Assembly (NCBI GenBank): GCA_019661865.1
Contig: JAIFWJ010000002.1
Location: forward strand, 1 to 50,897
Direction: 5' to 3'
From: Candidatus Parcubacteria bacterium
GTDB lineage: Bacteria; Patescibacteriota; Minisyncoccia; Phycocordibacterales; Zambryskibacteraceae
DNA length: 50,897 nt
The notes beneath the pieces were generated by a model. It did not search any database. It was not told where the DNA came from and worked only from the letters and a program-made list of their open reading frames with translations. The position numbers were made by a program, and so were the translations under genes. Of this stretch, positions 46,102 through 50,897 are shown piece by piece (position 1 is the stretch's first letter; each line of letters starts with the position of its first letter).

Positions 46102-46296
46102 CTAGTACCCTCCCTCTTCTCCATCTTCCTCATCGTCGAGGTCTATGGGCTCACCGTCATCATCATCGCCATCATCCATAGTGAACTCCTCGCCCTCTTC
46201 TTCACCCTCTTCCTCTTTAAGGGCCTTATCGAGATCTACGGTCTCTTCTTCGTCCTCGGATTCCTCGTCGTTTTTAACTACATCATCGTCTGGCAT
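46102..46296 (-). CDS. Small extremely acidic protein
   Basis: 64 aa, more than half D/E. Fills the gap exactly and ends at a terminator. Confidence 0.7.
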   Translation of the reverse strand: MPDDDVVKNDEESEDEEETVDLDKALKEEEGEEEGEEFTMDDGDDDDGEPIDLDDEEDGEEGGY

Positions 46297-46375
46297 GTTC
46301 TTTAATTATATTTTCAAAAACTGATAATTTTTGAATGAGTCTATTTGTAACAAATGCGTCTTTCAAATGCAATAG

Positions 46376-46879
46376 CTAGCCGCGAGTTTTGTGGATAATC
46401 TCTCTCTGGTGAGCCAGGTGGGTGAGAGCCACAGCCCATGCATCTGCCTCGTCATCGAACTTGGGCTTACTCCTTATCCCTAAGAGCTTCATGGTCATAT
46501 CCTGCATCTGACGCTTGGCCGCCTTCCCATAACCTGTCACAGCAATCTTTATTTGTTGAGGATTATACTCGAAGACCAGAAGCCCCGCCTTCTCGGCCTC
46601 GTAGAGTATTACTCCGCGTGCCTCAGCCACTCTAAGTGCAGTGGTGATGTTTTGATTAAAAAACAATTTTTCTATACAAAGTTCAGTTGGCCTCCATTCA
46701 GAAATTATTTTTTTCACTTCACGACCGATGTGGGCCAGGCGCTCGGACTGATTTTCTTTTCTGTTTGTGGATATGCAAGCTGAATAGAGAAGTTTCTCCT
46801 TGCTGTTTTCTCTAGATAGAATTGCTATCCCAATACGATCGAAGCCTGGGTCAATCCCAAGAACGATACTACTCTGCAT
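46376..46879 (-). CDS. ruvC: Holliday junction resolvase
   Basis: VLGIDPG, IEKLFF, EARGV, GYGKA and DDEADA motifs. Start set at ATG 46879. Confidence 0.95.
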   Translation of the reverse strand: MQSSIVLGIDPGFDRIGIAILSRENSKEKLLYSACISTNRKENQSERLAHIGREVKKIISEWRPTELCIEKLFFNQNITTALRVAEARGVILYEAEKAGLLVFEYNPQQIKIAVTGYGKAAKRQMQDMTMKLLGIRSKPKFDDEADAWAVALTHLAHQREIIHKTRG

Positions 46880-47399
46880 TGGTATAAACGTCTTGGACTT
46901 CTTCATTGTCTTCTAAGTCTCCGATTAATTCTTCGAGAACTTTTCCATCTTCTTCAGATACAGGCACAGTTACGGTGGGCTTCCATTCGTTGTTCTCCTT
47001 TGTAAATGCCCATGAAGCAGAACCTGGTTGGGCTAACTCGAACCCGTGGTTTGATAGTATGTGCTTCACTTCTTGGGCAGCCTTGTTTCTGTTTGTTGTC
47101 AGGGCATCTATGATAATGGCACAGCCGCCAGGACCATACGACTCGTACGTAATAGATTCCATGGCCTCACTCTCGCTGCCGGTGCCCTTCTTCACCGCTC
47201 TTTCAATGTTGTCAGCAGGCATGTTGTACTCGCGAGCCTTATCTATGGCCGCGCGAAGACTAGGAGAGTTTACATCTCCATGCACCTGCCTTGATGCAGT
47301 TGAGATAAGCTTCGACAACTTGGAGAAAATCTTCGACTTAGCTGCATCTGTCCCAGCCTTCTTATGTTTAATCTTCGACCATTTGTTATGTCCGCTCAT
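46869..47399 (-). CDS. yebC: YebC/PmpR/TACO1 family protein (short form)
   Basis: MSGHNKWSKIKHKK, YE.YGPGG and DVYTN motifs. 176 aa. Confidence 0.95.
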   Translation of the reverse strand: MSGHNKWSKIKHKKAGTDAAKSKIFSKLSKLISTASRQVHGDVNSPSLRAAIDKAREYNMPADNIERAVKKGTGSESEAMESITYESYGPGGCAIIIDALTTNRNKAAQEVKHILSNHGFELAQPGSASWAFTKENNEWKPTVTVPVSEEDGKVLEELIGDLEDNEEVQDVYTNAE

Positions 47400-48421
47400 A
47401 ATAATTTCTCCTGAATATTCTTGGGAGCGCTTAGACCAAGATGTTTGTAACCGTTCTGAGTTAAGGCGCGGCCGCGGGATGTGCGTTCTATTAGACCAAG
47501 CTGGAGAAGATACGGTTCGTTGAATTCTTCGATCGTTGCCTCTTCTTCAGAAAGCGCAGCTGCTAAGGTCGAAAGTCCAACAGGCCCACCACTAAACTTG
47601 TGTGCAATAGTTTCAAGGAGCTTCCTGTCAGATGGAGTAAGTCCCGACTCGTCTACTCCAAGGAGAGATAGGGCTTCTTCAACTGACTTTTTATCCAAAG
47701 ATCTTTTAGAAACTTGGGCGAAGTCACGAGCCCGCTTCAAGAAGTAGTTGGCAGTGCGTGGTGTGTGGCGGCTACGCTTAGCAATCTCTTTCTCTGCACC
47801 GTCTTTAAGATCAACTCCTAGTATTTTCGCTGAACGTTTAATGATCTCCTCAAGTTCTTTGTCTGTATAAAACTCAAGTCGAAAGACTCCTCCAGAGAAG
47901 CGAGAACGCAAGGGAGATGAGACTCCGGCTACACGTGTGGTTGCAGCGAGGAGGGTGAAGGGTGGAAGTTCGAGTTGTATGGTGCGTGCGGAAGGACCTT
48001 TACCAATGATGATGTCTAAGGTGCCGGATTCCATGGCAGGGTAGAGGACTTCTTCAATGGTTTTGTTCAATCTGTGGATCTCGTCTATGAAGAGTATGTC
48101 TCCAGAGGCAAGATTTGTAAGTATTGAGGCTAAGTCTCCTACCTTCTCTATGGCGGGACCTGAAGTAATCTTCATATTTCTTCCCGTTTCCTTAGATATA
48201 AGATGGGCAAGAGTAGTCTTCCCAAGACCTGGTGGACCGTAGAAGAGAATGTGCTCTGGAGGAGTGTTGCGTTCCTTGGCTGCTTTAAGCAAGATCTCAA
48301 GATTATTTTTTATATTCTGTTGGCCGATGTAGTCTTCCCAACGTGAGGGTCTGAGTTCCTGATCGAGGTAACCCGTGTCGTTCACTTCTTCTTTTATTTC
48401 TTTGGTATTCTTACTTGACAT
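47396..48421 (-). CDS. ruvB: Holliday junction branch migration helicase
   Basis: LRP, GPPGLGKTT, DEIHRL, LYPAME and ATTR motifs. Confidence 0.97.
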   Translation of the reverse strand: MSSKNTKEIKEEVNDTGYLDQELRPSRWEDYIGQQNIKNNLEILLKAAKERNTPPEHILFYGPPGLGKTTLAHLISKETGRNMKITSGPAIEKVGDLASILTNLASGDILFIDEIHRLNKTIEEVLYPAMESGTLDIIIGKGPSARTIQLELPPFTLLAATTRVAGVSSPLRSRFSGGVFRLEFYTDKELEEIIKRSAKILGVDLKDGAEKEIAKRSRHTPRTANYFLKRARDFAQVSKRSLDKKSVEEALSLLGVDESGLTPSDRKLLETIAHKFSGGPVGLSTLAAALSEEEATIEEFNEPYLLQLGLIERTSRGRALTQNGYKHLGLSAPKNIQEKLL

Positions 48422-48478
48422 AAAAAGTATTGTATGCTAAACTACAAGAAGCCTAAGGTTCTACAAATTTCTTCTTTT

Positions 48479-48648
48479 CTCCAAGTCATAAATCTCTAAG
48501 CAACGTTGCTTTGCGGCTTCCTAGCGTTTCCTCGAGGACGTGGTGGTTAAACCTTGTGTTTACTCTGTCACTATCCTTATTGGACTCTCTTAACTTTTAT
48601 CTTGTATAAAAGTGTTGCTTAGAGATTCATGCTTTGGAGTCTACCCCC
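48479..48648 (-). ncRNA. Candidate structured RNA closed by a 26-bp imperfect stem
   Basis: 48479-48504 and 48614-48639 are inverted repeats (23/26, plus one G-U pair only on the minus strand). TGGTATTAT extended -10 lies upstream on the minus strand. Confidence 0.5.
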
Positions 48649-48691
48649 ATTATTCATAATACCACTTCTGGATCAATCGAAATTCTTACCT

Positions 48692-50371
48692 CTACAACAC
48701 ATTTGACAGGTCTACAACTCTCACGAGTTCTTGTAAGGAAGTCTCGCCAGATAAAACTTTTAATACTCCATCTTGTGCTAGATTAAGTAACTTCTGATCC
48801 TTGGATGCCTCTTCTATGTCTCGCTCTGAAGGGTTTTCTATAACAGCCTTTTCTATCTTCCCATCTACCACTATAGCTTCATAAACTCCGAACCTTCCGC
48901 GGAATCCGCCCTGACATTTATCACACCCTACGGGTACCCACATTTTTTCTCTCTGTACTCCTTCCAAATAATTTTCATCTGGAATACTACCGAGAACTGC
49001 GTCGATAAGTTTCTTGTCATCGCCTGAAATTTCAATTTCTTTTTTACAATCGGGACAGAGTTGACGCACTAGACGTTGGGCGATAGAGACATTCAGTGCG
49101 CTCGAGATTACCTTCGGATTAACTCCGAGATCTAGGAGACGGGGGAAGGAGCCTGCGGCATTGTTCGTGTGTAAAGTTGAAAGCACCAAGTGACCAGTGA
49201 GAGCTGCGTTTACTGCGGTAGTGGCAGTTTCAGTGTCGCGGATTTCTCCAACCATGATTACATCGGGATCTTGTCTTAGAGCTGAACGTAATCCTTCTGC
49301 AAACGTGTAGCCTTTCTCCTCATCCGTCTGAGTTTGGACAATACCATCAAGATGATACTCGATAGGGTTCTCGATGGTGATGACTTTTATTTCTGGATTA
49401 TAAATTTTACGCAGGAATGCATAGAGAGTGGTAGTTTTACCGGACCCTGTTGGGCCGGTGGTGAGTATCATGCCGTTCGGCTTGGTAATTTCCTTCTGTA
49501 GAACTTTAAGAAGTCTTGGATGAATGCCGAGCTTCTCGAGTGGAACCTCAATGGATTCGGGACTTAATACACGGAGTACTACTGACTCGCCGTTTGGTCC
49601 CGGAAGAAGTGAGGTTCTTACTTCGGTCTCATGGTCGGCGAGCTTAATGGAGAATCTGCCATCTTGAGCCTTCTCTTTAATATTTAATTTCAAATTTGAA
49701 ACAAGTTTTATGCGCGAGACCAGGAGGTCGAATGTTTCTTTATCGAAATGTAGCACATCTACGAGCACTCCATCGAGTCTGTAGCGGAGTCTCACATGCT
49801 TTTCTTCTGGTTCAAGGTGTACATCAGATGCCAAGAGAGCTATGGCTCCAGCCAGAATGATTTCTAAGATTTTAGAAATCCTGTATGCCTTCTTCTGTCC
49901 TAAAACATCCTGGATAAGTTTCTCTATGTCCGGAAGTGTCTTAACTTCATTAACAATGTTTAAAATTTCTTCATTAGAAATGTCTAAGGCTCCCGCTTTC
50001 GTTTCAAATGAGTATGAGAGATCCTTATATCTCTCCCAAACCTTCTTCAAACTCTCATGCGAGACCATGAAGACTTCTGGCTGATAACCGCGAGCACTGA
50101 AGCCTCTGATGATTTCCTTAGTTTTCTCGTTTTCGGGAGCGAGAACTCCTATATCAAGTCTTTTGTCTGTCAGGTCAAAGGCAGCCACTTCAGCCTCGCG
50201 AGCGTCTTCCTCCTTAATAACTCGAAGAGCATCGATGTTTATGGGGTGTGTCGTAAGGTCTAAGTATGGGAGGCCGAAGCGGTCAGCAAGGGTGGCTGCC
50301 AGGTTCTCCTCTTCTTTCTTATGCAGAAATTCCACTCGTTCCTCTTCTCTTTCTTCATTAAACTCTACCAT
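48692..50371 (-). CDS. pilB: Type IV pilus assembly / GspE-family ATPase
   Basis: ASDVHLEP, QDGRF, GPTGSGKTTT, LRQDPDVIMVGEIRD, TGHLVLSTLHTN and CPDC...CDKC motifs. Start moved to ATG 50371. Confidence 0.9.
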   Translation of the reverse strand: MVEFNEEREEERVEFLHKKEEENLAATLADRFGLPYLDLTTHPINIDALRVIKEEDAREAEVAAFDLTDKRLDIGVLAPENEKTKEIIRGFSARGYQPEVFMVSHESLKKVWERYKDLSYSFETKAGALDISNEEILNIVNEVKTLPDIEKLIQDVLGQKKAYRISKILEIILAGAIALLASDVHLEPEEKHVRLRYRLDGVLVDVLHFDKETFDLLVSRIKLVSNLKLNIKEKAQDGRFSIKLADHETEVRTSLLPGPNGESVVLRVLSPESIEVPLEKLGIHPRLLKVLQKEITKPNGMILTTGPTGSGKTTTLYAFLRKIYNPEIKVITIENPIEYHLDGIVQTQTDEEKGYTFAEGLRSALRQDPDVIMVGEIRDTETATTAVNAALTGHLVLSTLHTNNAAGSFPRLLDLGVNPKVISSALNVSIAQRLVRQLCPDCKKEIEISGDDKKLIDAVLGSIPDENYLEGVQREKMWVPVGCDKCQGGFRGRFGVYEAIVVDGKIEKAVIENPSERDIEEASKDQKLLNLAQDGVLKVLSGETSLQELVRVVDLSNVL

Positions 50372-50448
50372 GGGGTAATTGTAACTTAGAGCCAATGTAA
50401 GTTAAATGCCTAATTCTCGTTCATATACCCAGACTAAAAGGAGGTTGT

Positions 50449-50826
50449 ATGAGATTAAAATCCGCCTGTCTTCTCATTTCTCTCTTCTCTCATGCGGGAT
50501 GTGTGACTCCCTCGCTTCTGGTGCACAACACCTGCCGGGGAGTGGAGTTACAAGTGCATGATGTATACGGTAAGGAGCTCACCAGAAGACTTGGATACAA
50601 CCAGTCGGACGTAGCTGTCCTTACTCTCACGCCGTCTGACAGCAGTTACAAGGTTTCTGTGGCGGGTACGCTCTACAAGCCGGGTACTGATACAGTTCTT
50701 GCCGCTCCTATTAAAATCGTTCAGTTGGACCAACTGGCGAGGGTAGGAAAGTCTCAGGACGAGTGGTTTGTCACGGCCATAAGTGCTGATCCGTCCATAA
50801 CCTGCGTAGCACCAAGCACAAAGTAG
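50449..50826 (+). CDS. Putative lipoprotein
   Basis: AAGGAGGT SD and signal with lipobox-like HAG-C. Confidence 0.65.
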   Translation: MRLKSACLLISLFSHAGCVTPSLLVHNTCRGVELQVHDVYGKELTRRLGYNQSDVAVLTLTPSDSSYKVSVAGTLYKPGTDTVLAAPIKIVQLDQLARVGKSQDEWFVTAISADPSITCVAPSTK

Positions 50827-50846
50827 GGCCTAGTGGGGCCCTTTTT
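50825..50846 (+). terminator. Intrinsic terminator
   Basis: AGGGCCT-AGT-GGGGCCCT followed by TTTT. Confidence 0.7.
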
Positions 50847-50852
50847 CATACC

Positions 50853-50882
50853 TTGACTTTTATCTAAATAATGTGATATAAT
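50853..50882 (+). promoter_or_regulatory. Sigma70 promoter for a gene beyond the window
   Basis: TTGACT-18 bp-TGATATAAT. Confidence 0.65.
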
Positions 50883-50897
50883 GTAAGTAGAAATCCA

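Noticed and set aside
46906-47523. 205-aa plus-strand ORF and similar antisense ORFs throughout the window
   Set aside because: They are shadows of well-supported genes on the opposite strand.
48510-48545. SRP RNA helix 8, suggested by minus-strand AGGAAGCCGC
   Set aside because: The CAGG-NNN-GNRA tetraloop geometry is absent.
1-50897. CRISPR array, rRNA, IS transposase, defence systems or stop-codon recoding
   Set aside because: No regularly spaced repeats or diagnostic motifs were seen. Long ORFs translate cleanly in code 11, with TGA used as a stop.

Overview
This is the origin-proximal chromosomal region of a Patescibacteria (CPR, Parcubacteria-like) genome. The taxon is inferred from gene content, truncated housekeeping proteins, A73 tRNA-Gly genes and tRNA-Arg(UCG). 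It contains yidC-rnpA-rpmH / dnaA-oriC-dnaN plus a DciA-like gene, four tRNAs, and housekeeping genes (xth, cca, HU, rny, clpP, tig, ppa, nusA, rpsO, pcrA, rsmA, PBP1A, tyrS, ruvB/yebC/ruvC). Competence and pilus genes are present (yraN, comM, two PilB/GspE-type genes). A ~12 kb co-oriented T4SS-like cluster encodes VirB6-like, PrgI, split VirB4, a pilin fused to a putative zinc peptidase and a beta-propeller, with no relaxase or coupling protein in view. The most notable unexplained signals are: (1) the xth-yraN locus, with a promoter/terminator-bounded structured RNA candidate, DnaA boxes, a repeated GAGACAAATG motif and parS-like palindromes written into the yraN coding sequence; (2) a second structured RNA candidate between pilB and ruvB; (3) a 150-bp hairpin-rich element at tRNA-Gly; (4) a split between leaderless core genes and SD-led orphan genes; (5) a frameshifted Xer recombinase. 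No CRISPR array, rRNA or transposase was seen. All calls come from motif recognition by eye; no searches were run.
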